This document shows, in pieces, positions 1-13,050 of a stretch of 64,000 nucleotides of DNA. The notes beneath the pieces were generated by a model. That model did no database searches, was not told the origin of the DNA, and worked only from the letters and a program-made list of their open reading frames with translations. The translations under genes were made by a program, and so were the position numbers. This DNA is from Ostrea edulis (taxonomy: Eukaryota): contig NC_079164.1 in NCBI RefSeq assembly GCF_947568905.1, positions 103,974,001-104,038,000 on the forward strand, given 5' to 3'. Each line of letters opens with the position of its first letter. The stretch's first letter is position 1.

Positions 1-68
1 TCTCTATTCAGGTGCTTTACCAACTGAGCTAACTGGTCACCGGATATCGAACACGACGGACCACCACA
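1..68 (-). mobile_element. Partial tRNA-containing solo-LTR-like element (Helenus-like), cut by the window edge
   Basis: Similar to the right half of 326-454 (tcaggtgctttaccaactgagctaactggtcaccgg...ccaccaca); the reverse complement contains the tRNA A-box/D-arm. Confidence 0.55.
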
Positions 69-325
69 TTGTTCTCATTGCCAATTATACTACATTACAA
101 AGAATGACGTATTGTGAGGATATACACAAAAAGACTGAAAACTATGAAGAAGCTTCAAGTAAATGCCATTTTGACTTTGGGTGGAATTACTACTGGTGAG
201 CTTTTTGAGATTCATGGTACAAACTGAACATGCATTCCTTCATGGTTTCATTTCCAGTCAGCCTGTTACCATTGTCAAAGCATGCCTCATGATTTAGGGT
301 ATTTCTATAGTTATATCTATAGTTG

Positions 326-454
326 TGTAACAGGAAGGGAGAAAATGCAACGGACCAGACCGGGATTCGAACCCGGGCCCCCTGAATCTCTAGTCAGGTG
401 CTCTACCAACTGAGCTATCTGGCCACCGGTGATCGAACCCGGCTGACCGCTACA
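326..454 (-). mobile_element. tRNA-containing solo LTR (Helenus-type TRIM-like)
   Basis: 129 bp, TGTAAC...GCTACA termini, exact 4-bp TSD GTTG (322-325, 455-458). The minus strand carries a tRNA-like segment GGCCAGATAGCTCAGTTGGTAGAGCACCTGACTAGAGATTCAGG...GGTTCGAATCCC with an 8-nt anticodon loop. Confidence 0.75.
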
Positions 455-3238
455 GTTGTATTTGATTACTCTTTTGGTTTCTGCCTACTTTGCATTTCAA
501 AAGATCCATAAGTTAGACTGAGGGTAAATTCTGGTATGCAAGAATGATTTACAGCTCTTTTTTATCCTAATACCTTTAAATTTTTGGGTTACCTTTTATA
601 CAGAAATTTTCTGTTTGAAAGAAATACTGCAAACAACTCAATGCAAATACTGGACAAGTCTGAATGCCGAGTGTTTTATGTATAATATTACTTTAACTGT
701 CTGAGATATTCCAGACACGCGGAAGTACAACACACTGAAAACACTCCCCCTATCGTACACTGAGATATCACAACAGAAGCAAGACTAAGCCACGTTTTCT
801 CCTACTCAAATCAGAGATTAATTTCATTAGTAAAGACTTTCTCTTAAATTATATGATAATCTGCTTTCCCAAACAACATTGTTAGTAATTAACACTACAC
901 CTTAACCCCGAGATAAAACCCCGGATTGATTTTACGTAAATAGTGTATTCTGTTTTGTGTTAGTATCAAGATTCTTTAAATGTTGATAAACATGTGGAGC
1001 TTTACATACCAAATAGATTTGGATTTGATAATACACTTGTTCTATTCATGTATTCTATTACAATGGCACTGATCCAAGGCACATACTTGCTAGAGAATGT
1101 TCACGGTAATGTTATTGATCTGACAATTGGTTATCTAGTACAAATCCTCTGCAAAAAGTGGCTGAAATTTTCAGCACCTCTCCCTCTTCACATCTGTCCC
1201 TTATCCCTGCAACCACCAATGTCTGCGCCACTTGCTGATGATGTCTCAATAATTACAAGAGGCTTATGTTCAAGTAGATACTGCTCTCTATCTTCTTAAT
1301 AAGCCCAGGACGACATCAGATTGTGTGTGATAATTCCATTGTATCTTTCATAAATATTCTTTAACAAAGTGTTTGATACTGAACTCATTTTTTCAATTTT
1401 TAAAAGTACTTTGACATTGTCTTCCTTGGGTAGGGACTTTTAAAAAAAAAAGCTTATATGCTTACTACCTTCCTACATTTTGTATGTCATATTAACAGTA
1501 GTACAAGATGAATGATGACACCTATTTAAAGGTCAAAATCAACTTATGTTTATATCAGTTCTGTGATGTGACCAATATTTACTGTCAGTTCATTAACTCC
1601 ACACAACCATCTGAAAGATCATATCATATTTAGGATTTTTTGGTGACAACATGCATGCAATTACCATAAAAATTGTGGAAATTTTTCCAAAATGAAAAGG
1701 ATTGACTTAATATTAATATAGGTATTGTAGAATTCTGAATTGTAAGTCATCTAAATGAAAATATTGTTTGTTTCTTTTTAAAAACCAAGTAGGTAAGGAA
1801 GAACCTGCTGTCAATTTGTTAAACACTTTGTCCCCCAAACAAAAAAATCAAAAATTTCATGCTTGATCGGGCGAAGTGAAATTTTTAGTGTAAGATACTG
1901 AAATGACAGTATCTTTACAAACTGTGAATTGTTAGAATGAATGCATTATCATTAAATGAATGTTAAACATTCACTTGAATAACTACTCTCAATGAATACA
2001 GTGTAATCCACATGATAAATTTCTTAATTTATTCTTGTTTCAGTGGTATGCAAAAACTAAATATAAGGAGTGGATTTTGAATTACTACATTATCATCCAA
2101 CACAGTAGGACATCTGAGTGTAATTTTGTTTTATCTCATTTGCAATAGGATTGACAGTATCCTGGATATTAAGCTTAAAATATATATCACAATTGTTTAC
2201 ACTAATAAGAAATACAGCCGACTTTCTTTTGTGGTCAAACTAGACAGTCCTTTTGATAAGAAATGTTACAGATATAAAGCTTCATTGCTTTATACATGTA
2301 AGTTTAGATGTACTCAATCAAACAAATAATATCAATTCTGTAACTAGAATACTGAAATTAAAATTCTCTCTTTGTTTTCCTTTCTTAGAAATAAAAATCT
2401 CACCAATGAATTTACAAAGTACATGTAGTATCTAGGGTCTCAGAAGAAAAATGTCTGAAACCCTAACTTTAAATGAGAAAAGTAAATAACATAAATAGAA
2501 ATAAAAAGATACATGCATCAATCAAAATAAGTTTGTTAACCTCACTTCCCCCCTTCCCTCCCACTGGTATCAGTCTGAGGGCTTCTAGATAAATCAGTCA
2601 GGTATCCCCTGTTCATGTGATACTGTGTCTATACTGTCTGAAGTAAATAGAAGACATACAAAGCTTTCTGTGTGTCAGCTACATCTTGTCACAACTTTTT
2701 AGTGTGATTAGTCTAACGGGAGTGCTGGCCAGTAACTAAGGTTTTGTTGACTACTGTTGAATGTATCAAAAGTTCACAAATATCAATCACCTACTACCAC
2801 TTCATATATATTTTCAAACTGTTATAGCATCTGAAAACAATAAAAATGAAAATGTTCTAGCCTTCTGATGGCTGATGTCTGGTGAGAGCTTACTTTTGCC
2901 CCCATAATTTGACTTTCAATTATAGTTAATTATTTGCTTTGTGTACACTCTACTATTTAAAGCATTCTGAAATAAGCGTCAAAAACTTGTGAAGCAATTT
3001 TATCTAAGTTTACAAAGAAAAGATTTGTGATGCATCTAGCTGTCTACCCAAAGTGGCCATTAATGATTTGTATTGAATCTTTATTGAAAAATCAGATAAA
3101 TTGCATTCTTTATAGGTAGATTAGGTATTTTGAAAATTGGATTTATTCTTCTTTTGGAAATGCTTAAAAGTATTTTGTTCCCTATAGAATCGAATTGGAC
3201 ACCCCAGATGATAATTTCAATGTAATGGAGATCTTTAC

Positions 3239-3705
3239 CTTCCCAGAGGACTTGATTCCTTTCCAAATACAAGCATACACCACAAGCCAGGCAAATATTA
3301 GACAGAGAAGCATCTTCCATTTAACTCCATCTGTCTCTGCAATGCTTGGCGTGACCTCCAGGGCATTTCGATACCAAAAATAGGAAGTTGGTCCACTGAC
3401 GTCACACTCCAGTATAGGAACTGTTAGATTACCCTTGGTTTCCATAGGGCATGAGGACCATGGTAAGGTCCCAGTGAAGGAATGCACCAGGTAGAAAAGG
3501 CACCACATGATAATGGCATTATAGTAAACCCCTACAATAAAGGAGGTGACAGCACTGGCCACGCCTACCCCTCCCAGCAATGGGTTGACCAAGTTCCAAG
3601 TACCCATACTGCCTTTACGAAAATGCTGTCCTGCAGCAAACTCTAGGTAAAGCAATGGCATCCCTTCCACAAAGAGCATGATGAGGTAAGGGATAAGAAA
3701 AGCAC
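3239..3705 (-). CDS. SLC6 sodium-dependent amino acid transporter (B0AT/SLC6A15-20-like clade), coding exon 2
   Basis: Translation GAFLIPYLIMLFVEGMPLLYLEFAAGQ...LPWSSCP...ECDVSGPTSYFWYRNAL...IWKGIKSSGK. Acceptor ttcag at 3706 (phase 1, matches exon 1); donor gtaaag at 3238 (phase 0). Downstream exons were not found in the window. Confidence 0.93.
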
Positions 3706-3786
3706 CTGAAAATATGATGGTTTTCATTAATGATTCAATAAAGTTATTTTAAACAAGAGGCCCATGAGCCACATCACTTAATATAT

Positions 3787-4047
3787 GGGTGTCTGGGTAG
3801 CGCAGAGGTAGTGCTCTCGCTTCTCACCGCTATGATCCGAGTTCGATCCCTGTGATTGGCAGTGGTTTTTTGTGAGAGGGTATGGCGGTCACCCGCTTGG
3901 ACATGTGGGTTTCCTCCGGGTACTCTGGTTTCCTCCCACATGAATGAACTAGCACACATATCCGAGCATCAAAGGATCCCATTGGAAATAAGCTTTTGAG
4001 CTTTCATGGGTTATCCTTGGTATTTATGTATGTATGTATTTATATAC
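3787..4047 (+). mobile_element. tRNA-derived SINE with V-domain-like core
   Basis: A/B-box-like head (gggtagcgcagaggtag...gagttcgatcc), core gtgggtttcctccgggtactctggtttcctcccac, (TATG)n tail. Confidence 0.7.
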
Positions 4048-4208
4048 GGAATACACATTTATTTTATCTATTTTACATGAGTCACCTTGACCCTGCTGTT
4101 GTTCAGCTATTGTGGTTTTTAAAAGATTTTTTGCAATCTTTATTTCTACAGAAATTTTTACCCCATATTGTGACCCCAACTTTACCCCATAGGGTCACAA
4201 TATTATTA

Positions 4209-4345
4209 GTTACCCAGTTAGTTAGTGACCTGATACGGAAAAATACATCATGGTGTTTAAAGAAAACCTGTATCGAGCGAGGCAAAGATACAGGTTTTCT
4301 TTTCACACCATGTATTTTTCCGTATCAGGTCACTAACTGTGTAAC
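4209..4345. mobile_element. Small foldback/MITE, nearly perfect hairpin
   Basis: gttagtgacctgatacggaaaaatac...gaaaacctgtatc is mirrored by gatacaggttttc...gtatttttccgtatcaggtcactaac. Confidence 0.7.
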
Positions 4346-7300
4346 AAATTTATCAAGTCAAAGACCTCTAACTGTATATTTGGGGGTCTATATCATACAA
4401 CTTAGTCTGCCCAAATCGCTTCGCCATTTTGTTATATGGCTGCAAGTCGAACCCGACAATAAATCACTCGCTCAATTCGGATTTTTCTCGCATCATACTT
4501 TTTTTTTCACATCGTCATATGTGACCAAGATCTGACCTATTAGATTTCAACAATTTTGTCCGAGGCGTGATAAAACCTTGATACAATGTCACAAGATAAA
4601 ACAAAACATGGTATAAAATGCAAGTATTTGCAATAAGGAATCTATATACAAAATATGAAAGCCCGATCTTGAATATTTCAGAGGATATTGTCAAGGTTAA
4701 CTTTTCTTTAAAAAACGTCAAAGTCTAAGGTCAAGGTTACAAGGTCAAAATTTTGGCTCCAAAAGAAAGGCATTGTCACAAGGAATGCATACATGAAATA
4801 TGAAAAATGTATCACTCACCATTCAAAAGTTATGAGGAAGATTAAAGTTTCAGTAAAAGTTTTAAATTTGGGTCAAACTTCAAGGTCACATGGTCAAACA
4901 TCACGGCATCAAATGAAATCTCTTGCATAAGGAATCTTTATACTAAATATGAAAGCCCTGTACGTAACCTTAAATAGTTCAGGAGATATTTCCTAGGTAA
5001 GGTTTTCTTAAAAATGTCAAACTCAAATGTCAACGTGACAAGGTCAAAATCTTTGATACCAATTATTAAGTCTTGTCACAAGGAATAAGAATATCAAATA
5101 TAAGAACTCTATCACTAGTACTCCCCATTCAAACGTTATCAGCAAGGTTCAACTTTCAGACAGACAGGACACATTTTTTAGTTATGATTGAGGCATAAAA
5201 AAATTGAATCAACACAACTAAGGAACACTTGAATTTTTATATGATTTAGTGTAGTCCTACAAATCTAGAAAATAATTCATATTAATTTCCTGTATATTCC
5301 CATATTAGATTTTGATCTCAGCTATTATGATCCCACCCTACTTCTGGGGCCCCTGAATTTAACAAACTTAAATTTACACTACCTGAAGATGCTTGCATGC
5401 ATATCAATATGACTAATCATTGACCTCCTGTTCTTGAGAAGATTTTTAAAAATGTTTCTCTATATATAACTGAGCTCCTATTGTGGCATGATTTGAACAA
5501 ATCTCAATTTGTACTTTCCCCTAGTGTACTGTGTCCATCCTACCCCCAGGAGTCATGATCTAAATACATTTCAATCTGCATTACCTATTGATGTTTGTAT
5601 GACAAATCATGGTTCTTTTGTTGTTGAGATGAAGATTTTAAAGATTTTTTCTATATATTCCCAATGGACCCATGTAAAACTTGAATCTGCACTACCTGGG
5701 AATGTTTGCATATTAATATGAGTAATCATGGCCCTATTGTTTTTGAGAAGATTTTTACAGATTCATCCTATATATCCCCATGTAAAACTTTGATCCCTAT
5801 TGTGGCTCCATCCTACCCCCAAGGGCCATGATTTGAACAAACTGAAATCTACATTACATGTATGTCAGGAAACTTTCAAGTAAGTTTCAACTCTTCTGGC
5901 CCAGTGGTTCTTGAAATTTTGTTTTAAAAGTCACCCACCCTATTTTTACATTTCCTTGATAATCTCCCCTTTGGAGAGCATAGCCCTTCATTTGAATAAA
6001 CTTGAATCCCCATTACCCACGAATTATTCGTGCCAAGTTTGTTTGAAATTAGCCGTGTGATTCTTGTGAAGAAGTTGAAAATTTAATTTTCAGTGGTTAT
6101 AGATGCTTGATAAGCACCATTCCACTGAATATAAAAAATTAATTTCATTTTTGAAAATACATGAGAGTATGAACAGCAATGGTTCACACCAGTAAAATTT
6201 TTATGAAGTGTGCAAAGCATTGCAGTTCTTGCCCTCACGTATTTTTAAAAATCAATTTTTTAAATTAATAGTGTTACACGTAGTTGGAATTTCTCTGTCT
6301 AATTATTTAGGCTTGTCACCCTATCAATGTTGGTGTCAACTGACTCCATACTAAAGAGGTTTGTACCTTAGTTTTGTAGTACAATACAAATGTACATGTA
6401 TTTTCAATTCTTTGGGAAGTGAAATTTGATTTCTACATTGATGGAAAATTAGGAAATCAAAAAGAAGAATCTATAGTGTTTTAAACTTGACCATTTAACA
6501 CTTATATTTACTAAGACCTTGATTAGCACCACAGATTAATAATTAAAAAGAAATATATAATCATGTCTTCTAACGAAACAGTTATAAAAAAGCTGAATAC
6601 CACATTTTCTAGATTGAAAATAAATAATGACCTTTTTGCACTTGAGATACGGAAAAATTGATGATATAGAATTTGAGAGTTTAAAAGAACATATCAGGAG
6701 TTAAATGTCAATTTCTAAAACTGTACGTAAATTACAAAGTTTTATTTTAAAATCTATAATGGAACTTTAAAAAGTAGGTGCTATAGATAAAATTTTTGAC
6801 AAAAATACTGAATTTTTATTAATTTTTTTAAAAGGTAAATCAATTTAGATTTTTTTAAAGGATCAGTGTTCTGTTTGGAAAAATATATCAACCAAATTAA
6901 TAAATTACAACATTTTAATTAATTCCAAGCCTCAACTACTTATATATCATAAATTATAAAACTGAAATACATGCATAGGAGTATTAAAATTGACAATATA
7001 TTGGATATTAACAGAAACCTTTGTAAAATCATGCAGATTTAGAACTTTTTAATGAAACAATCCTTCTGCCATAAAATGTAGTCCCTGCCAACCCTTTCAA
7101 AATTTGAATGGACAAAAATTTTCAAATGAATGGGGTTAAGTAATACATGTATAGTATGTTTGGAACAATGGGATCAGTATTGAACCAGTAAATACTTAGT
7201 TGTAGCATCCTGCACAGTTGTGCTCAAAAGCTGAGGAGCTCAAAAGCTGAGGAGCTAACTTCCTCATTTAAGCTTGTCACCTTTGTTAATTGAGTCACTT

Positions 7301-8652
7301 CCTGTCCATGGGAACTTTGTAAATGAATTAAGCCGTTGTAAGCAAAGATTTAGACAATTTCTTAACATAATTTTAATGCTACACTCATGCAATAAATTGA
7401 TTTTTGAGTGTAGTAGTTTACAAACACAATAATCATACTATTCCATATGAGGGGAGGAATATAAAAATGAAGAGGTTTGCATTAACTTTGTTTTTAAAAA
7501 GTCATACATAATTCATTGTCATTTAATTTTGATAAATTGATGGTAATACAGAAATGTAATTGGCTGAGATATTTGCATCAACTATGATGTCACTCTTTTG
7601 TTCAAAACATCATTTTGAAATCTGTGTCATCACATCCCATCATATCAAAATGTATTGATAAATAAAGCACATTTGTGGTAACAATAAGAAACGGTTAATT
7701 ATATTTGGAAAATCTTAATACCTTGCATGATCATTCGAAAATATATTAGAGTCATTTCTGAAAGCAACACACAAATTGAAAGTCACAGCTTTTTGAGTGC
7801 CTAGCAATTTATTTCACTTACTCTTCATGATAGAGTATAAATAATTGTAAAATGACATAATTTCATATTTAATGAAACTTAACATGGTTATATAGTCTTC
7901 ATAACTTTTTAAATGATGACACCCATTGTTTTAATCTTAATACATTTTTCATACTACGATGAATATTATTCACAAAACTCATAATATTTTTAGAGGACTG
8001 CTGGTTTATAAACATAATAATGATAAAATAAATAATAAAAAAAGAAATAAGACAAAATACAAAGTGAAATTATGAATGTAATGTACGTCCCCTCATGTTT
8101 TGGTTTCATTTTAGAGTTTAATAATAACAAATTAGTGAATGCAATATGTATATTTGTACACATAATTCAAAAAAATGGTTTTAACAAGAAAATTATACAA
8201 AGTGAAACTATAACTTCAAGTAATGGTTTCATTTTAAAATGTTTGATAATGTGAATACAATGTATATTTGTACACACAATAGTACACTATACAACCTACG
8301 TTGTGTAAAAGATTAACCTCAATCTTAACAAGTTATCATAATGTTGTCAAGTGTGGGCATCCATGTGTGTACCTCCTACTAACACTACACATTGGTGTCC
8401 TGGAATCCATCCAAGAATCCTCCGATACTGCAGTACTTATACTACATTTATTCTGGATTTGTTTTAGGAGTGTACATATGACGATTCAATTCTTTAGAAA
8501 CTTGAACCAGAATTTAAACTCTAAAAGGGATCTTTAAAACTTTGAATTAAAAAAAAATAATCTAAATATTAAAGTAAAAGAAAATAATTTTATGATATAA
8601 AACAAAGTTTTTATACCAGCTTAGATAGATAATCATAAATTATGTGTCAACT

Positions 8653-8705
<53 letters not shown>
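8653..8705. repeat. (TG)n(TA)n microsatellite
   Basis: Direct reading. Other (TA)n tracts occur at about 46637-46699, 55078-55120 and 62141-62191. Confidence 0.95.
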
Positions 8706-8707
<2 letters not shown>

Positions 8708-9405
8708 GTGTCTTACTAAAGATGCAAAGTTAAGAACGATAACCTTTTGTCCATGAAGATTTATTTACTAAATCTAAATTTTCATTGTTTAACCCTCATA
8801 ATAAGAGTATTAAATGGGTTTAAACTATAAAAGACAGGGTCAAGGCATAAAAATCACATTAAGACTTAATTCTTATATTTACGAACATACATGGATTCCA
8901 AATATCATAAGCTTCTTTCCAGACAGGCAACAAACTCTCTCAATTTCATACATTCATCCTATAGAGTACATGATCATCACAATGTTTTTCTTTCAAAATT
9001 AAAAACAATAATAAATTGTTGAGTTTAAAAAAGAGAGGGAAATTACCAAAGAACAGTAACTCTAATGAAGCTGACACGTTGCTGGCTGAAACTTGATCCA
9101 CCAATGCCTCATTGATAAACATTGAAATATATTACCTAGAAATGATGGTTTGTTATTAAAAAAAACCCACAAAAAACACGCATTACAAAAATCGACAAGC
9201 TTAACGAATCTTTAAAATTTCATTTCGAGCGAGAAAAAGCAACTGAATACATATAATTAACGTGGACAATGGCTCCAACGAGAAAGGAGACCACGTGTTT
9301 CATGTTTCGTGAAAATACGCGGACGTCACAGAAAACATAACATTGCGGACGTAATAGAAGACATATATGATGATTTTGCAAATGAAAACATAAGATTTCG
9401 CTAAC

Positions 9406-9604
9406 CTCCTCCGTGTTGCTGACACAGATAAGGGAATCTCCAGACATTACCCAGTCCCACGGCAGTAGATATAACCATTCCAAAATACTGAATCTTGCTT
9501 CCCCATGCTGGTCTTTCATGTTCTGTAGGGACATCATCTTCTTTCAAAGGATGCATTAACTCAGCATCATTCATCATGGAGTCTAAATTCTTGGATTTCG
9601 GCAT
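9406..9604 (-). CDS. SLC6 transporter, coding exon 1
   Basis: MPKSK...[37 protein letters not shown], the SLC6 TM1 signature. Donor gttag at 9405, phase 1; joins exon 2 in frame (199+467=666 nt). Confidence 0.93.
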
Positions 9605-11014
9605 CTTTATGAGATTGTCCCTACTCTACACGCCAAACGTAATGTTTACAGTCGTGGCTTCGCGACCATGAATGAACTAGTCTACACGCTACAGCGGGCG
9701 CTACTATTATGCATTTGTCAGGGGTGAAAGGTTTAAATTGTTCAGGATACTGCTGCCAAGTATTGGCTAAAAAGGTTGGAATTAGCAAAATTATTATCTT
9801 AATATGAATGTCAAAATTATTCACATCTCCTTTTCCAACTCTACAACAGCAGTAGACATATCGATTATTAGTTTCTTCCTCTTTTATTATGCGCACAGAA
9901 CACAACCACAGTTTGTATAGGCTAAAGCATTTCTAGGTAACAGATGGGTGGTGATTTTAAACGTCTTCCTGTAACGCAAGTTTCCATATATTTTGCTGGA
10001 CAGTAAATCCATTCATAATAAAGAAACAAACACAACTCTATCAAAGGCATTTTTCCTTTTTATATTTGTGTGTTTTGTTCTAGAGGCGTACCAAACTTGG
10101 CTGTCCTACACGAAGAACAAATGGATAATTTTTATACTACAATTGGACTCGATTAATGAAAACGTCGCTAATGACGACATAGTTATCAATTAATGTGATG
10201 AGTGCACACACATTTTTAATAAAAATATGCTTTATGCTAGTATCAAAAGATAGTTACTATGTGCTCGAATAATTCTAAAACAGTTGCAAACTAAACTATA
10301 AGAGAAATATTTTTAAAAAAACAACCATCGCGCTGTTTTGCAGGACAGTGTACCGTACTAAACTGTACACTTGTGTAATTGAATCTCTGTGGCATCGATT
10401 ATGACGTAAACGTTACATCTTTTTGAAAAAACTAGAAGACACAATTCTGTTTAGCTTCTTAAAAAATGGAGCATATGCATCACTCACGATCATACTATTG
10501 CCAATCTTAACACTTACCAATGTTTCGTGTGTAAAGTTTTGATGCTTCCTTATTTATATTTCTCAATATAAAATGCGACATGTAAGTGACTTTTCAACTT
10601 TAAAAAATGAAGTAAGTTAAATCAAACAATATTGATGGTTTGGTTATATTGTTATCATATATACTAGGCATTTACTCCTTAAACATTCTTGTGAGCGGCA
10701 ACTGTTGACAACCTTTTCCTAAGTGAAAAGCTTTTGATTATTATGACCATTTTTAATGCATTTTCACTGATATGATATGTTGATAACGACACGATTCTGT
10801 ACGAAGGATTCAGTTTGCTCCAATGCCTGTTGATCTGTTACTTACAGGAAGGTCTCAAAAATAATTTATTGCTTCTTCTATACTTCTTTCAACAGCCTCA
10901 ACAAAGAGATGCTTCAAAAGAAACGAAAATCATACTTTTGGTAGTTATTCTATAAAATATGTATTGGATTTTCATCATCCATGGACAGATTATAAATGCA
11001 GTTTGAGGTCTTAA

Positions 11015-11532
11015 AAAGGGACTGGTTCACGATTTTTGATAAAAATATTTTTCATTTTTGATGTTAAACATTAGAAATATAGCTCATTTAATGTTGACAA
11101 CCAAAATTTTGACCTTCTGAATGCAAGAATAAAAGTAATATTTTAGCCTTGAATATGTGTTATGTAAACAAAGACTCGAGTCTTTTTATGTAAACAAACA
11201 AACAAGTGAAATATTGATTTTGCAATATAATGCATCTTAATTTTGCATAGTAACAAATTTTAACTTTTAGATGACACATTTCACCCCAAAAATGCTTGAA
11301 ATGTGAAAGATATAATAATACTTAGATCGATATCCATTTCTTTTGAAATTTTGTAAACAATAGCATACCGCAATCTTTGTTTACAAAACAAATAATAAAC
11401 TCTCTAAAATGAGCTTCTGTGAGAATCTACAACCTTAATTTTCATATGAAATCTTTCAAACACATTAGACAGTAGATTTTGATCATTAAAAGTGAAAAAC
11501 AAAATTTTGGGTAAAATCGTGAGTCAGTCCCT
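11015..11532. mobile_element. TTAA-flanked MITE (Kolobok-like)
   Basis: TIRs agggactggttcacgatttt / aaaatcgtgagtcagtccct; TTAA at 11011-11014 and 11533-11536. Confidence 0.7.
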
Positions 11533-12150
11533 TTAATCTTCAAAAATTTTAAAAGGTACCAGACCACCAACGGCCATTTCAGAACACCAGATGAACATAT
11601 GCAAACATGCCAAATATGTTCATTTGAATACATGTGTTTTATTTAGGATTTTGATTTCAGAAACCAAAGCGACTGATGGAATCAGAATCCACTGAAAATT
11701 CTTCAGAGCCACTAGGTATGCTAAAAGAGCCACGTTTATAATCTGCAATACAGTCGTTTAGCAGAAGTCATTGGCACATTTTGTCATGGGCAATGACAGC
11801 CATACAAAGAAAAAAAACCCCACTCTTTTAAGGTCACTAGAAGAACATTTATACCAAGTTTCAATACTTGACATACAACCGTTGTGAAGAATATAAAAAT
11901 GTTACATTGATGGGCGAGATCAGACAGAAATGCCTTACATTGGCGCACAACATGGGACTCGTACTATAAAGTTAAGCAAGCTTAAAATTTTGACTTTTAA
12001 ACGTGTATATACGTTTTAAGATCTGCCGAAGTCCTACCCACCTAAGTATGTATCAACCCGTAATATATACCCGGTATGTAGTTATGCATACGGAATTAAT
12101 ACAACAAATCAAACCAAATATTCTTTCTTTAGAGTGGGGAGGGGGGGGGG

Positions 12151-12373
12151 GGGTTCGTGGCCGAGTGGTTAGGGTATCGCGCTTAAAATCACGCGGCTTC
12201 TCACCTCCGGCGCGGGTTCGAATCCCGCTCGCGCCGGTAAGCGAGAAAGTTTCCCAGTTTACTTGCGGAAGGTCCGTGGTCTTCTCCCAGGTACATTGTA
12301 TCTGGTTTCTCTCTTCCACCAAGAAAAACCGGGCGCCACCATTATAACTGAAAAAGTGTTGAGTCAATCAATC
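12151..12373 (+). mobile_element. tRNA-derived SINE (mollusc V-SINE/RUDI-like)
   Basis: A box gtggccgagtggtt, B box gggttcgaatccc, 3' part ttccaccaagaaaaaccgggcgccaccattataactgaaaaagtgttgag, tcaatcaatc tail. Confidence 0.7.
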
Positions 12374-13050
12374 TTAAGAGTCGGACATGGTATATAGAAT
12401 TATAGCAATAACTCGAAAGAGCTACTTTCCAACTACTAGTATGTACAATGCGTTTTATGAATGGAGCCTAAGTAGTATTTGCATGCAACATTAACCAAAT
12501 AGATAGCATATGATTAAATATCATTCTAAGACAAAAAGTGAAAAAAAAACCTTAAACTACAATTAATCTGCTATTGTTTGTATAGTGACGTGAAATCGAA
12601 TATTTCGGAAAATGTTTTAAATAATGTGATCATTATGGAATCGTTAAACTCCTGCCTGCAAGTCATGATATGTAGTCTAAATTTTCCTTCCACCAAACTA
12701 AAGCTTGAGGTCGTATTTTCATTAAAATAGATATATACACAAAGTGTTATCCATGTCCTGTATAATCAATTATTGTTTAGAAGTAAAAGTATAAATCGGT
12801 AATTTTTTTTTAACAATTCGTTTGTTAATGCAAGTGGATACAGCACTTAAGATATACTTTTAAGTCAGATCTACCAGCCGTCTAAGTTTTGCATAAATTG
12901 TTCAATTCTAGAACGCTTTTAGCTACGGTCTTAAATCTAAGATTGTACTTTGAAAATCAGTCCTACTTGCGCACGGTCTTAGACAAAGTACTCTTTTATG
13001 TTACAAACTCCGAAGAACCTGGTACTGTGGAAAAATAAATAATTCGCAAA

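Larger units (their letters stand above)
3751..6085 (+). mobile_element. Composite Helentron-like remnants with Cg170-like and ggtcaaggtca-type repeat monomers (SLC6 intron 1)
   Basis: The 5' motif aacaagaggcccatgagccacatc/tgagtcaccttgaccc is split by a SINE. Monomers with aaacttgaatctgcact, tgtggccccatcctacccc and gttcttgagaagattttt are shared with 23.5k, 31.6k, 42k and 43k. Confidence 0.6.

Noticed and set aside
346-425. Functional tRNA genes at the tRNA-like segments (also 45985-46050, 47520-47590, 45610-45680, 59695-59765)
   Set aside because: The anticodon arms have an extra base or do not pair, acceptor stems are imperfect, and all sit inside elements with TIR/LTR ends and TSDs.
994-1299. 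ORF of 101 aa and the surrounding GC-richer segment as a possible SLC6 exon 3
   Set aside because: No frame on either strand gives the expected VxYFTAxFPY continuation; all minus frames contain stops.
10512-10560. Possible non-coding first exon of SLC6 ending at a TG|GTAAGT donor (10518)
   Set aside because: Only a splice-like motif; no independent support without transcripts.
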